Source: Bifidobacterium breve (lineage in GTDB: Bacteria; Bacteroidota; Bacteroidia; AKYH767-A; OLB10). From it: a stretch of DNA of 64,000 bases. Below the pieces are notes generated by a model that was not told the origin of the DNA, did not search any database, and saw nothing but the letters and a program-made list of their open reading frames with translations. The stretch is from assembly GCA_943329665.2 (NCBI GenBank), contig CALQEU020000020.1, positions 584-64,583 on the forward strand. The letters are read 5' to 3'. Position 1 is the stretch's first letter. Each line of letters opens with the position of its first letter. The translations under genes and the position numbers were made by a program. Shown one piece after another: positions 10,411 to 21,321 of the stretch.

Positions 10411-11664
10411 TTGAAAAAGTCGATTCTCTTACTGTTTCTTGCATTTCTTTTTACAGATGGAGTTCAATCGCAAGATAGTTTATACACTAGGCATCTTATT
10501 AAAACGCTAACCAGTGAAAATTTTCATGGAAGAGGCTATGTAAAAAAGGGAGATTATATTGCTGCGCAATTTATAAAAGAGGAATACATTAAAAACGGAA
10601 TTAGCGAAATATTGTCCGCTGGATATTTTCAGAAATTCGACTTTCCAGTAAATACTTTTCCTTCAAATATGGATGTGAAAATTGATGAGAACACACTTTT
10701 ACCGGGTGCCGATTTTATTGTACACCCCGAAACACCATCTTGCAAAGGAAAATTTGAAGTCGTATATATTAATAAAAAGCGATCACTTTTTTCTGATACT
10801 GAATTAAAGAACAAATGGATTTTGCTGGACACTACCAAATTAGAAAACAACCTATCAAAAGAAGATTTTAAGGAATGGCTACACACAGAACAATTCATCA
10901 AAGGAATAATACAAGTCGTTCCTAAAAAACTAACATGGAGTGTTGGCACCTCTCAAGAAAAAATTCCGACCCTACTTATGCTGAAGTCCGCAAAGACTGA
11001 TGATATCAAAACCATTCAAGTAAACATCAAAGCAAAATTCATAGCAAAACACACCACATCGAATGTTGTTGGCTTTATTGAAGGAAAAAGCAAGAAAGAC
11101 TCTTTCTTAGTATTGACTGCTCATTACGATCACTTAGGAAGAATGGGAAATACCGCTATTTTCCCAGGTGCGAATGACAATGCTTCAGGAATTTCTATGT
11201 TGTTACAGTTAGGAAAGCATTTTGCACAAAAAGAAAATCAATTAGAATACTCGTTGGTTTTAATTGCGTTTGCTGGAGAAGAAGCGGGACTCATTGGATC
11301 AAAATATTACACGGAAAATCCATTGACTGAACTTTCTAAAATAAAATTCCTTCTAAACATGGATTTAATGGGGACAGGAGACGAAGGAATGGTGGTTGTA
11401 AATGCTACTGAATTTCCAAACGCATTCCAAAATTTGGACAGCATCAATAATCAATTTCACTACTTACCAAAAATTGGGAAGAGAGGAAAGGCGGCTAACA
11501 GTGATCATTATTGGTTTACTGAAAAAGGGGTTTCATCTTTTTTTTGTTATACGTTAGGTGGTATTACGGCCTATCATGATATTTATGATATTGAAAAAAC
11601 ATTGCCGCTAACTAAATTTGAATCAACACAGAAATTATTTATTTCTTTTTTACAAAGTTTTTGA
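10411..11664 (+). CDS. M28 family zinc aminopeptidase, secreted
   Basis: TTG start followed by signal peptide MKKSILLLFLAFLF. M28 metal-ligand motifs LTAHYDHLG, GANDNASG, FAGEEAGLIGS, NMDLMG, SDHYWF. Confidence 0.85.
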   Translation: MKKSILLLFLAFLFTDGVQSQDSLYTRHLIKTLTSENFHGRGYVKKGDYIAAQFIKEEYIKNGISEILSAGYFQKFDFPVNTFPSNMDVKIDENTLLPGADFIVHPETPSCKGKFEVVYINKKRSLFSDTELKNKWILLDTTKLENNLSKEDFKEWLHTEQFIKGIIQVVPKKLTWSVGTSQEKIPTLLMLKSAKTDDIKTIQVNIKAKFIAKHTTSNVVGFIEGKSKKDSFLVLTAHYDHLGRMGNTAIFPGANDNASGISMLLQLGKHFAQKENQLEYSLVLIAFAGEEAGLIGSKYYTENPLTELSKIKFLLNMDLMGTGDEGMVVVNATEFPNAFQNLDSINNQFHYLPKIGKRGKAANSDHYWFTEKGVSSFFCYTLGGITAYHDIYDIEKTLPLTKFESTQKLFISFLQSF

Positions 11665-11689
11665 ATTAAAGATCAGGTTTAATTGTCGA

Positions 11690-11882
11690 GCTGCGCTACG
11701 ATAAATTTTCTCGCTAACGGGCTGCGCTACGCCAAATTTTCTCGCTAATGGGCTACGCTACGCCAAATTTTCTCGCAACCCTCGGCAAGCTCAGGTTAAA
11801 AAGGCGCAGAGGCGCTAAGGCTGCGCTACGCCAAATTTTTTCGTAGAGACCGAAGAAGGCGCTACGATAAATTTTCTCGCTT
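11690..11882. repeat. Five copies of a ~23-31 bp unit (core GCGCTACG[AT/CC]AAATTTT[C/T]TCG); the first three are exactly tandem with 31-bp period
   Basis: Copies begin at 11690, 11721, 11752, 11820 and 11858. The region is intergenic between convergent genes. Confidence 0.9.
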
Positions 11883-11888
11883 AAAATT

Positions 11889-12593
11889 TTATTCGGTTTC
11901 TGTAATGCTCAACTGATAACTCTCTTCGTCAAACCAAACCGTCACAAAATATTTTCCTAAAGGCAAGCCAGATTCTTTGGCTGAAAAGGGAACTGCATAG
12001 CGTCCTTCTTTCTGTAATCCTTGTTGAAAACGTTTCACGACCTCACCGGATTCATTTGAAATCTCTAGCGTTACAAGCGAAGGATTCGAGAGCATGTATT
12101 GAATAGTTGTTCGTTCCTTATAAGGGTTCGGAGAGGCTTCGGCAATCACAATACTATGCGAATTTACTTTGGCTGAAATAATAGTTGAATGTACTATTAT
12201 TCCTTCATTCATTGAATATTTCAATCGATAAAAATACTTAATATTTTCAGCAACATTTTTATCTTCGAAACAGAAAGTATTGTTTGCTCCACAAAACTTA
12301 TTCCGATCAATGGTTGCGATGGTTACAAAATCGACAGACTTAGCAGCTCGTTGCAATTCAAAATTACGAATAGAACCTGAAAAATTTCCTGACCATTTAC
12401 ATTCAATACTTGCCGTATAACTTTTTGCTTGAAAGGATAATAATTCGTTTTCAGGTTCGGGATCAGAAACAATAGAAAAAACATTTCCAATCACGGTTGA
12501 CTGTGCTACTGCAAATGATCCACCAAGAATTAAGAGTAAGCTTAAAATTCCAAGTTGAACTTTGCAGATTCCTTTTTGTAAGAAATTTATCAT
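11889..12593 (-). CDS. Secreted protein, FN3-like module plus probable T9SS/FlgD-Ig-like C-terminal domain
   Basis: Signal peptide. LLSFQAKSYTASIECKWS...FELQRA module, also present in the 1482-aa and 1133-aa proteins. C-terminal SPNPYKERTTIQYML...GKYFVTVWF. Confidence 0.6.
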   Translation of the reverse strand: MINFLQKGICKVQLGILSLLLILGGSFAVAQSTVIGNVFSIVSDPEPENELLSFQAKSYTASIECKWSGNFSGSIRNFELQRAAKSVDFVTIATIDRNKFCGANNTFCFEDKNVAENIKYFYRLKYSMNEGIIVHSTIISAKVNSHSIVIAEASPNPYKERTTIQYMLSNPSLVTLEISNESGEVVKRFQQGLQKEGRYAVPFSAKESGLPLGKYFVTVWFDEESYQLSITETE

Positions 12594-12659
12594 TTAAATC
12601 CTCATTTTGCCTTGCATACGTACAGGCTAAAAAAACGTTTCGAATAAATAAAAATAAAT

Positions 12660-15600
12660 CTATTTACCGTTGATATGCAATACTTTAAGTCGCTCTATGA
12701 GTCCATCTATTTCAACGCTTACTGTATATAAACCTACCGAAACATCTTTAAAATGTGATGTAACATTTACTTGACAATTGCCGGATTTAAGCATTCCTAG
12801 ATCTTCATGTGCTACTACTTCACCCATTACATTAACGATTGTAATTTTTACAGATGAATTATTTTCTAAATTAAAAACGAGTTTAGAGTCGACGGTTAGA
12901 GGGTTCGGATAAAATTGAACATTGGATGAAATGGTAGGTTTCAATCGAGCATGAACCACCTCTGAGTAAGTGCTAGCACCGTTAAAATCCAATTGTTTAA
13001 TTTGATAAAAATAATCTTCTTCCGCTTTTACATCCAAATCATCGAATGAATAATAATTCACTTGATTGCTGTTTCCCGCTCCATCTAACCAAGCAACAGA
13101 TTCAAAACCTTTTGATACAGGATTTAATTTTTGAACTTCAAATCCACTATTATTCACTTCATTTGCGGTTGACCAATGTAATTTCACGCGGTTAGCTAAC
13201 GCTGAAGCGTATACCTCCAGCCACTGAACAGGCAGAGGGCTCGGAGCCTGAGCCGTTCCAAATTCAAAAATACCATTCATGTCATTCCTACGAACGGCAG
13301 TGACGGGAGAAACCACACAAGTACCAGACCCTAACGACCAGGCACCTCCGTTACTTGTCATGATCGTCCAGCCATTTGCTGCATTTGTAAAACCGGTATT
13401 GTAAAGCGTCACATCAAAATTCCCTGAAGTGGGGCTATTGGATGCCACAAAGGTCCAGCGTCCATTATTTAATGCATTGGAAGAATACGTTAAACCACAA
13501 TCAAGAACACCCAAGGGGCCCGGTAAAACACTGTATGGAACGAAGCTCGATTTTAAATTATCAATAAGGGTAGGATTGCTGGCATAAGCAAAATTAATGT
13601 TCGCTCTCTCATATCCTTTTGATACCTCTCCTACCGGAAAATCATAAGAGCCCAGATTATTTAGGTAACGTCTTAAAAAACCCTGGACAAAACTCAATGG
13701 ACTCCCCGGACTAACGGCTGTGGGGGCCCGATTCAACACAATTACTTCGTAGAGCGGCGTGGTGATCAAATTTCCATTGGTCAACGTCAACGAACCATTC
13801 GTTCCTAAATGCATCATAGAAGAAAGCGTCACCCCGGGTCCTGAATGATTGATTTGAAAATTATTCAGCGTATCTAGGCTATAATAAGATTGGGCAAGAC
13901 TTCCGTTTAATTCCAATGTTCCACCGGAAGGAAAATACTTGCCTAAATTGTTGAAATTACCTGCTACTTTATGGTATCTGCCATTGGCATTAAACCTGGA
14001 GGTTGCTGTACTATTATTAAACACCCCTTTCATATCCACATTCTGAGAGGCCGTAACCATCCCGCCTGTTTTCGCAATCGTTACATTACCGAACCCATTT
14101 GAACCGGTAAGATTTCCATTCAGTGTTTGATTAACGGCAGCATTCCCAAAATAGACAGTGGAAGAAGTGGCTGCAGCCAGGACGCCGAAATTGGTAAAGT
14201 TTTCACATACACTCAACGTTTGTCCAGAAGGAATCGTAAGCACAGCACCCGGATTAATGAGCATCGATTTGCAGGTAGCTATTCCTGTCACCGTAGGTTG
14301 AATCACAATTCCACCATTGATGATCGCGTCCCGGGAGCAAGTTGGAATAGGGCATCCGCCCCAATTGTCTTTTTTATACCAATCGACATCAATTCCACCC
14401 GACCATACAGAGCTAGTACCGTTAGCCCCATAAAGAACAGGAGAAGTATTACTAAAAATAATATCGAAACCGGAAGTACTGTTTGAAAAATTACTTACCA
14501 CCAATACATATTTTTCTCCGGCCACAACAGGAAGCCTGGTATTAAATGCGGTGCCAAAACCTGGGTATTGAGGCGGCGCGGTTAAATTAACAGCACTGTA
14601 TAAACCGGTAAGCCCTAAGGGGCTATAATTGCAAGCGGTAGGTGTAGCACCCGTTGCAATCTGTGCGCACGTTACTGCCCCTGTACCCATCGTACGCCAA
14701 AGTGCAAAATCATAATCGGTGCCTGCAGTACTTGGTGCCCCAGGCCAATCTTTTGGTATAATTGAAAATTCTAAAAATCCATTCGCATTAATTGGTATTT
14801 CAAACCAAACAGAACCTCTCTCACCACTTAAAAGACAATTGGTTCCGCCGCCCTGAAAATCACAAATATTTCCAAATGACTGAAAGCCCGGATCACCAAA
14901 ACTCATGGTGGTATCACAAACAGGGAGAAAGGTTCCGCAGTCTTGTCCATTTGATAATTGAGGAAGCGGGGCAAGACCATCTAACGCCAAGACAGAAAAA
15001 GTACCGGTTAGGTTCGCATTCCCATCCACCATGATATAATAATTTTGTCCCGGCACTAAACTAGTAACCAACATTTCCGAACTGTAATTAATGGTATTAC
15101 CGCAAGGTGTAGCATTATCATTACAACCAAACTGCAGCATCGATGCTCCGCATACTCCGGAGTAAAGAACTGCTTGCGGATTAGTAAGTGAACCCGGAAT
15201 GATTCGCACGCGAAGTTGACCGGAGGCCGGTGCCGCAACAACAAACCAAACTGTATTGCTCACATTCGGTGTCACCCAGCAAGTAGGCACCGGAGGTTCA
15301 CCTGAGCCACCCGAACAATTATTGACGGATGATAAAGGAACACCAAGTATCAGTGGACTTGCATTGCAAGGTAAATCGTTAGGTGCTCCTCCACCAAAAG
15401 AAGTGATAGCTAAATTATACGAAACATTTGTTGGTGGCGCCCAACTATCAATGACAATATAATAAACACCTGCCAATGGCAATACGACACTACCGGTTAA
15501 TGTGCCGCTATTTGCACCTCCACTACTACCGATACATGTACTGCCTGCAACTCCGGGGCAACCACTATACACCTGATAGCCGATAGAATTAGAACTTGCG

Positions 15601-17072
15601 CCGGATAACGTGATAGAAATACACTCTGCACCTGTAGAAGTAAATTTATAAACTTTATCCTCGCCTGATTCATACAATGTGGCACAAGAACCAATGCTTG
15701 CATTGGAATAGTCATTACCCAAACAAGCGGTGCTTTCATTTATAATTGAGTAAGGAAAAGAGGCAATATTGATTGCATTGGCACACGTTGCACCGCTTAA
15801 TAAGGTGGAGGGAGCTGAAATAACTATATCATATGGGTTACACGAAGGGGGCGCCCAGGAGTCAACAATGACATAATAGGTTTGACCAGCGATTACATTT
15901 GCGCAAAGTGATTTGCTACCTGTTGAACTTTGCTCAAAAGCAATACAAGTGCTTCCAACAACCGAACAAGAAGAAGTAATTGGACACCCTCTATACAACA
16001 TGATTCCTGTGTAGCTCCCACTCGACGTAATGCTAATGGTGATATTTCCGGAGGTGACCGGAGTGAAAACAAATACTTCATCTTCCCCGGAAAGATAACT
16101 TGTATTACCACAAATCAATGTATTTGCAGCTGTTTGATCATTCACCTTTCCGCAAGTTGTTCGTCCGGAAGAAGCATAGGGCAATGCAGGTACGGCAACG
16201 ACTCCGGTTCCCAGCGCACAACCACCGACAGCTACCGGCGCTGAAATTGTAAGGTTAGAATAGGGATTGCAAGTTGGAGAAGGGAACACATCTAAAATAA
16301 GATAGTACGTCACACCTCCCGTTAAGCAGGCGACGATAGATTGAGATCCCGCCGCACTTTGAGAAACGGCCACACAACTTCCACCTTGTCCATTCAATGG
16401 GCATCCCTGATACAACATCAAGCCATTCCAACTCCCGACAGAAGCAAGATTAATATTTACTGTACCCGTTGATGCGGGTGTGAAAACCCATACGCGATCC
16501 TCTCCACCTAAATAAAAAGTACTACCACAACCAATCGTGTTGCTGGCGGTAAGATCATTTCCGGAACCACATGTGGTGCCAGCACCGGAGGCATAGGGCA
16601 ATGCCCCCACTAAAGTTACTCCTCCACCCAGATTTCCGGGACAGGTTAACGCTGCCGAATATTTATAAACGAGCGTTCCAATATTATTCTGATTAGCACA
16701 ATTATAAAGATTTACTAAGACGCGATAAGTACCTGTAGTAACACAAGGCCACGCTACATACGATTGAACACCGCAAAAATCATCGTTATATCCACCAGCC
16801 ACCCCTACACCCGTATTGTCAAGGATTGAAATTTGTGTGTCGAAAGCGGAAGCACCACCATCGACTGTGCAAAAACTAAAATAGTACGTTTGGCCGGCGG
16901 TAGCATTAAAAGTGCGATAGGTGCCGCCGTTCAGATTTGTGGTATTTACAGATTGCCATGCCAACCCAGGAGTGATAGCCCCCCCCGAAGATCCGCCGGT
17001 ACATTGTGCCTTTGTGTGATGGTACACAAACACAGAAAGAAAAACAATACAAATGAATTTTATTGATTTCAT
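12660..17072 (-). CDS. Very large T9SS-secreted protein with four tandem Cys-containing ~140-aa modules
   Basis: Signal peptide MKSIKFICIVFLSVFVYHHTKAQ, starting from the ATG at 17072. That ATG is preceded by AAGGAG; the track start at 17108 would overlap the upstream gene. Repeated pattern LPYAS..TTCG..ND.TA.N...C....GED.V..FTP..G...I......G.MLY.GCP. C-terminal FYPNPLTVDSKLVFNL...GLYTVSVEIDG Por tail. Confidence 0.8.
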   Translation of the reverse strand: MKSIKFICIVFLSVFVYHHTKAQCTGGSSGGAITPGLAWQSVNTTNLNGGTYRTFNATAGQTYYFSFCTVDGGASAFDTQISILDNTGVGVAGGYNDDFCGVQSYVAWPCVTTGTYRVLVNLYNCANQNNIGTLVYKYSAALTCPGNLGGGVTLVGALPYASGAGTTCGSGNDLTASNTIGCGSTFYLGGEDRVWVFTPASTGTVNINLASVGSWNGLMLYQGCPLNGQGGSCVAVSQSAAGSQSIVACLTGGVTYYLILDVFPSPTCNPYSNLTISAPVAVGGCALGTGVVAVPALPYASSGRTTCGKVNDQTAANTLICGNTSYLSGEDEVFVFTPVTSGNITISITSSGSYTGIMLYRGCPITSSCSVVGSTCIAFEQSSTGSKSLCANVIAGQTYYVIVDSWAPPSCNPYDIVISAPSTLLSGATCANAINIASFPYSIINESTACLGNDYSNASIGSCATLYESGEDKVYKFTSTGAECISITLSGASSNSIGYQVYSGCPGVAGSTCIGSSGGANSGTLTGSVVLPLAGVYYIVIDSWAPPTNVSYNLAITSFGGGAPNDLPCNASPLILGVPLSSVNNCSGGSGEPPVPTCWVTPNVSNTVWFVVAAPASGQLRVRIIPGSLTNPQAVLYSGVCGASMLQFGCNDNATPCGNTINYSSEMLVTSLVPGQNYYIMVDGNANLTGTFSVLALDGLAPLPQLSNGQDCGTFLPVCDTTMSFGDPGFQSFGNICDFQGGGTNCLLSGERGSVWFEIPINANGFLEFSIIPKDWPGAPSTAGTDYDFALWRTMGTGAVTCAQIATGATPTACNYSPLGLTGLYSAVNLTAPPQYPGFGTAFNTRLPVVAGEKYVLVVSNFSNSTSGFDIIFSNTSPVLYGANGTSSVWSGGIDVDWYKKDNWGGCPIPTCSRDAIINGGIVIQPTVTGIATCKSMLINPGAVLTIPSGQTLSVCENFTNFGVLAAATSSTVYFGNAAVNQTLNGNLTGSNGFGNVTIAKTGGMVTASQNVDMKGVFNNSTATSRFNANGRYHKVAGNFNNLGKYFPSGGTLELNGSLAQSYYSLDTLNNFQINHSGPGVTLSSMMHLGTNGSLTLTNGNLITTPLYEVIVLNRAPTAVSPGSPLSFVQGFLRRYLNNLGSYDFPVGEVSKGYERANINFAYASNPTLIDNLKSSFVPYSVLPGPLGVLDCGLTYSSNALNNGRWTFVASNSPTSGNFDVTLYNTGFTNAANGWTIMTSNGGAWSLGSGTCVVSPVTAVRRNDMNGIFEFGTAQAPSPLPVQWLEVYASALANRVKLHWSTANEVNNSGFEVQKLNPVSKGFESVAWLDGAGNSNQVNYYSFDDLDVKAEEDYFYQIKQLDFNGASTYSEVVHARLKPTISSNVQFYPNPLTVDSKLVFNLENNSSVKITIVNVMGEVVAHEDLGMLKSGNCQVNVTSHFKDVSVGLYTVSVEIDGLIERLKVLHINGK

Positions 17073-17080
17073 AACTCCTT

Positions 17081-17434
17081 TTAAAGTTTTATTAACACTC
17101 CGGTACATCCCTCAGAAACTTCTTTCCTCGTAGCACCTTCCTTAATGACCCATTCAAAGCCGGATTGTTTCAATATCTCGGACAATTGCTCCGCACCAGC
17201 AAGCTCAGAGAGATCTAATTTAATGACCACCCACCCCTGGCTTTCACACGTTAATATCAATTGAGAATTTTCAGAATAATTTTGAATCAATTGCTCTAAA
17301 AGAGGGGACATCTTGGCATTATTAAAATGCTTAATTTCTATCACCCTTTCCACAAAAGGTCCGTCAACTGCTTGCGCCTTCGCAAGGGATTGATCTAATA
17401 AAAATAAAAACAAAAGTATAACTTTACGCACCAT
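17081..17434 (-). CDS. Small secreted hypothetical protein
   Basis: Signal peptide MVRKVILLFLFLLDQSLAKAQA. It lies 8 nt upstream of the giant T9SS gene. Confidence 0.55.
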   Translation of the reverse strand: MVRKVILLFLFLLDQSLAKAQAVDGPFVERVIEIKHFNNAKMSPLLEQLIQNYSENSQLILTCESQGWVVIKLDLSELAGAEQLSEILKQSGFEWVIKEGATRKEVSEGCTGVLIKL

Positions 17435-17595
17435 CTAATTGTTAATTTTTGGGAAATGTACGATATTTCGACGATCAAAGCAACTTCACGAACTATTTAT
17501 TATTCACCACACGCCATTGAAATAAATTACAACATTATTTTTAGTGATTTTACCCAAGGAATATGGCGATTGACCAAAAAAATGACAAATAAAAA

Positions 17596-18231
17596 ATGAA
17601 AATTCACTTCTTACTTTTTATCTTATTTATTTATACGAGCACCGTAAAAGCTCAGCGATTTCGTGGTGAACTGCAAGGAGGAATTGTTGGCTCACAAGTA
17701 TCGGGCGATCAACTTGGAGGATTTAATAAAGCAGGACTTTTAATTGGTTTAGGAGTGAAAACCAATCTGAATAAACAAACCGAAATTGGCTTTAAAATGC
17801 TCTATCTTCAAAAGGGTAGTCGAAAGCGCCTGAAAACGGACGAGCCTGATTCAAGCTTTTACCTGTTGCGATTAAACTATATAGAAGTTCCTCTAACGGT
17901 ACGGTATAGAGTCAACAAGACCTTTTACCTGGAGTTAGGGCCTTCGGTGGGTTATTTAATGAATAGCTCTGAAGAAGACGAAAACGGGGTGTTAAATTTT
18001 AGAAGACCATTTTCCAAATACGACCTTAGTGTAACGGGTTGTTTGGGATATACTCTATCAAAAAAACTAGATTTTAATTTAGGCTACTTTCAATCTATCG
18101 TGCCTATACGGGAACATAGCAGCGGAGCTGTTTATCGATTAAACCAGGGACAGTATTCAAGTGTTCTAACGTTTACGTTACTTTACACCCTGAGAACGGA
18201 AAAAGAAAATACTCATTCAGAAGAAAAATAA
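17596..18231 (+). CDS. Outer-membrane beta-barrel (porin-family / OMP_b-brl) protein
   Basis: Signal peptide. Alternating amphipathic strands. Aromatic C-terminal strand (SVLTFTLLYTL) followed by a charged tail. Confidence 0.6.
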   Translation: MKIHFLLFILFIYTSTVKAQRFRGELQGGIVGSQVSGDQLGGFNKAGLLIGLGVKTNLNKQTEIGFKMLYLQKGSRKRLKTDEPDSSFYLLRLNYIEVPLTVRYRVNKTFYLELGPSVGYLMNSSEEDENGVLNFRRPFSKYDLSVTGCLGYTLSKKLDFNLGYFQSIVPIREHSSGAVYRLNQGQYSSVLTFTLLYTLRTEKENTHSEEK

Positions 18232-18232
18232 A

Positions 18233-18799
18233 GTGAAGAAGAAAAAAATTATTATTGGTGTTACGGGAGCCAGCGGAGCCATTTATACAAAGGTGCTCCT
18301 CGACCGTCTCGTTCAATTGAAAGATCAAATTGCAGAGGTAGGCCTTGTTTTTAGTGACAATGCAAAAACGGTTTGGGAATATGAATTAGGAAACAAAGAC
18401 TATGAAGCTATTCCTTTTAAAAGCTATACAAAAAATGATTTCATGGCGCCTTTTGCATCCGGTTCGGCACAATATGAAACCATGATTGTTTGTCCTTGCT
18501 CGATGGGCACTTTGGCAAGAATTGCTCACGGAATTTCTAATGATTTGATTACCAGAGCAGCGGATGTAATATTAAAGGAAAGGCGAAAATTACTGCTCGT
18601 TACTAGAGATACGCCATTGAGTATTATACACTTAGACAACATGCGAACCATTACTATAGCAGGAGGAATTATTGTACCTGCAAGTCCATCTTTCTACAGT
18701 AAACCGATTTCATTTGAACAATTAGCAGCTACAGTGATAGACAGAACGCTAGATTTAGCCGGTTTTGAAAACTTAACATACAGATGGAGCGAGGATTAA
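18233..18799 (+). CDS. ubiX: Flavin prenyltransferase UbiX
   Basis: GTG start. IIGVTGASGAIY and CPCSMGTLARIAHGISNDLITRAADVILKERRKLLLVTRDTPLS are typical UbiX/Pad1 motifs. Confidence 0.9.
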   Translation: MKKKKIIIGVTGASGAIYTKVLLDRLVQLKDQIAEVGLVFSDNAKTVWEYELGNKDYEAIPFKSYTKNDFMAPFASGSAQYETMIVCPCSMGTLARIAHGISNDLITRAADVILKERRKLLLVTRDTPLSIIHLDNMRTITIAGGIIVPASPSFYSKPISFEQLAATVIDRTLDLAGFENLTYRWSED

Positions 18800-18900
18800 A
18801 AGTTATCCACCAAGTTATCTGCAAGATCTTACAACTTTTTTCGTTTTTTTTCATTCAAAGATGCTAAATTAGCCATCGATGTTCCAATACAGTTATAATT

Positions 18901-19092
18901 ATGTTCGAATATTCTAAAGAGATTCTCACCAAAGTAAGTTTCGATCAACGTCTGTTTTCTAAAGAACTTAAGAAAGCAATTTCCTGGTTAAAAAAGGATG
19001 AAAGAAAATTGTTGATGGTATGGTGCCTTGCTACATTTGGTCAGCGCTACAGCGATGTGATCATGCAGGCTTTCCGCCATTATGTAAAGTAA
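18901..19092 (+). CDS. Small hypothetical protein (63 aa), uncertain
   Basis: ORF only. Its 3' end overlaps the convergent queG 3' end by 32 nt. Confidence 0.3.
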   Translation: MFEYSKEILTKVSFDQRLFSKELKKAISWLKKDERKLLMVWCLATFGQRYSDVIMQAFRHYVK

Positions 19093-20005
19093 ATTGGATT
19101 GTATTTTTTATTTTTTCCAAGCCTGGTCGTAAAAGCGGGGATTCTTTAGCTATTTCTTTAAATACATCTTCCGTAATTTCCAACCAATCTTTTTGATTTA
19201 AATTCATCAATCCGTCAATTGGTTTTAAGTTTTCTTCTTGATGTGGTTTCGAAAATTTATTCCACGGACAAACGTCTTGACAAACATCGCAACCAAAAGC
19301 CCAACCTTCCATTTTTGATTCGTAGCTTTTCGGAATAGCTTCTTTTAATTCGATGGTGAAATAGGAAATGCATTTACTTCCATCAACCACCATCGGCGCA
19401 ACAATAGCCTCGGTAGGACAGGCGTCCATGCATCGTGTACAAGTACCACAATAATCACGGATGGGTGCGTCTTCGTCTAGGTCTAGATCAACAATCAACT
19501 CAGCAATAAAAAAGAAGGATCCATTTTTTGGATGGATCAAATTTCCATTCTTTCCAATCCATCCCAACCCACTTTTTTTCGCCCATGCTCGGTCTAATAC
19601 AGGAGCAGAATCAACAAATGCACGACCATGCACATCGCCAATTTTCTCTTGAATTATCTGCATCAATTCCTTCAATTTTTCTTTTATTACAAAATGATAA
19701 TCGCGACCATATGCATATTTAGAAATTTTGGGGAGCGTTGGATCTTGAATTTCTTGCGGATAATAATTCAACAACAAACTAATTACTGATTTAGCTCCAT
19801 CCACTAACAAACGAGGATCTAATCTTTTGTCGAACCAATTTTCCATGTACGACATTTTACCATGTCGATTTTGCGAGAGCCATTGTTCCAAACGAGGTGC
19901 TTCTTCCTCCAAAAATCCAGCTTTAGAAATACCCACATGAGAAAAGCCCAATTTCAGGGCTTCACGCTTAATGATGTTTGTATTAGTTTCCTTCACGAGG
20001 AGCAT
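19061..20005 (-). CDS. queG: Epoxyqueuosine reductase
   Basis: 4Fe-4S motifs [16 protein letters not shown] and [22 protein letters not shown] motif. Confidence 0.9.
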   Translation of the reverse strand: MLLVKETNTNIIKREALKLGFSHVGISKAGFLEEEAPRLEQWLSQNRHGKMSYMENWFDKRLDPRLLVDGAKSVISLLLNYYPQEIQDPTLPKISKYAYGRDYHFVIKEKLKELMQIIQEKIGDVHGRAFVDSAPVLDRAWAKKSGLGWIGKNGNLIHPKNGSFFFIAELIVDLDLDEDAPIRDYCGTCTRCMDACPTEAIVAPMVVDGSKCISYFTIELKEAIPKSYESKMEGWAFGCDVCQDVCPWNKFSKPHQEENLKPIDGLMNLNQKDWLEITEDVFKEIAKESPLLRPGLEKIKNTIQFTLHNGGKPA

Positions 20006-20040
20006 AAACTTTTAATTACGTTAAGCTTCATCCGAAAAAA

Positions 20041-21141
20041 CTACTCTTCGAAAAGAGTTCCAGAATTTTTACGATACGTTTTATTTAAATGCTTAAAGGC
20101 TTTTTCGGTAACCTCTCTTCCTCTTGGAGTACGCATTAAAAAACCTTCCATAATTAAAAACGGTTCATATACTTCTTCAATGGTACCTGCTTCTTCACCA
20201 ACTGCTGTGCTCAACGTATTAATTCCTACAGGACCGCCTTTAAATTTATCAATGATTGTGGTTAAGATTCGATTATCCATCTCATCCAAACCAAACTCAT
20301 CTACATTCAGAGCCGAAAGTGCATATTGAGCAATCTTCAAATCAATTTTTCCATCTCCTTTTATTTGAGCAAAATCACGCACGCGTCGAAGAAGAGAATT
20401 CGCAATACGTGGTGTACCTCTACTTCTTCTAGCAATTTCAAAAGCGGCTTCATCTACAATCTCCATCTTCAAAATTTCGGATGCGCGAAGAATAATTAAT
20501 TGCAATCGTTTTGCATCATAATATTCGAGGCGGGATGTAATTCCAAATCTTGCACGCAGAGGGGAAGTCAATAATCCGGATCGGGTGGTTGCCCCCACCA
20601 GCGTAAATGGATTCAGTTTTATTTGCACCGAACGCGCATTCGGCCCGGATTCGATCATAATATCAATCCGGTAATCCTCCATGGCAGAATAGAGATATTC
20701 TTCCACCACCGGACTTAAGCGATGAATTTCATCTATAAAGAGAACATCATTCGGCTCCAGGTTGGTAAGCAGTCCGGCCAAATCACCCGGTTTATCCAAC
20801 ACTGGGCCGGAAGTGGTTTTAATGTTGCTCCCTAACTCATTGGAAATGATGTATGCTAGTGTAGTTTTACCTAAGCCTGGAGGTCCATGTAAAAGCACAT
20901 GATCCAAGGCTTCCCCGCGCTGGGCGGCAGCACGAACAAAAATTCGAAGATTCTCAATCACTTTCTCCTGACCTGTAAAGTCCTGAAAATCGGCTGGGCG
21001 CAATACTTTTTCCAACTCCTTTTCAGCAGAGCTGAGATCCTCTTTTTCGTTCTTTAAATTTTCGTTGCGCACGCGCAAATGTAGTAAGGAATCCGGTAGA
21101 TGCTTGTGGATATAGGTCCTTACTAAGCTAAGGAGCTCCAC
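20041..21141 (-). CDS. ruvB: Holliday junction branch migration helicase RuvB
   Basis: LRP..F..F.GQ N-terminal motif. Walker [15 protein letters not shown]. Walker B FIDEIHRL. The true start may be the GTG at 21072 (MRNENLKNE...), which gives the usual N-terminal length. Confidence 0.9.
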   Translation of the reverse strand: MELLSLVRTYIHKHLPDSLLHLRVRNENLKNEKEDLSSAEKELEKVLRPADFQDFTGQEKVIENLRIFVRAAAQRGEALDHVLLHGPPGLGKTTLAYIISNELGSNIKTTSGPVLDKPGDLAGLLTNLEPNDVLFIDEIHRLSPVVEEYLYSAMEDYRIDIMIESGPNARSVQIKLNPFTLVGATTRSGLLTSPLRARFGITSRLEYYDAKRLQLIILRASEILKMEIVDEAAFEIARRSRGTPRIANSLLRRVRDFAQIKGDGKIDLKIAQYALSALNVDEFGLDEMDNRILTTIIDKFKGGPVGINTLSTAVGEEAGTIEEVYEPFLIMEGFLMRTPRGREVTEKAFKHLNKTYRKNSGTLFEE

Positions 21142-21321
21142 TAATTTTTCAACAGGACGTGTAAAAAAGAATAAAATGCTAGTATTTAGAAGATTTTACA
21201 TCCTATTCCCTTGATCATCTGACAAAAACTTGCAAGGAAATGATAAAATTTGTAGATTGCAGGCAAATTTGAGGCAAGTGGAAATACTTCTTCAGCTAAC
21301 GCATTATCAATTCCCATCACT

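Noticed and set aside
11690-11882. Possible CRISPR array, because of the regular 31-bp repeats
   Set aside because: The first three units are directly abutting with no unique spacers. There are only five copies, no cas genes in the window and no palindromic repeat core.
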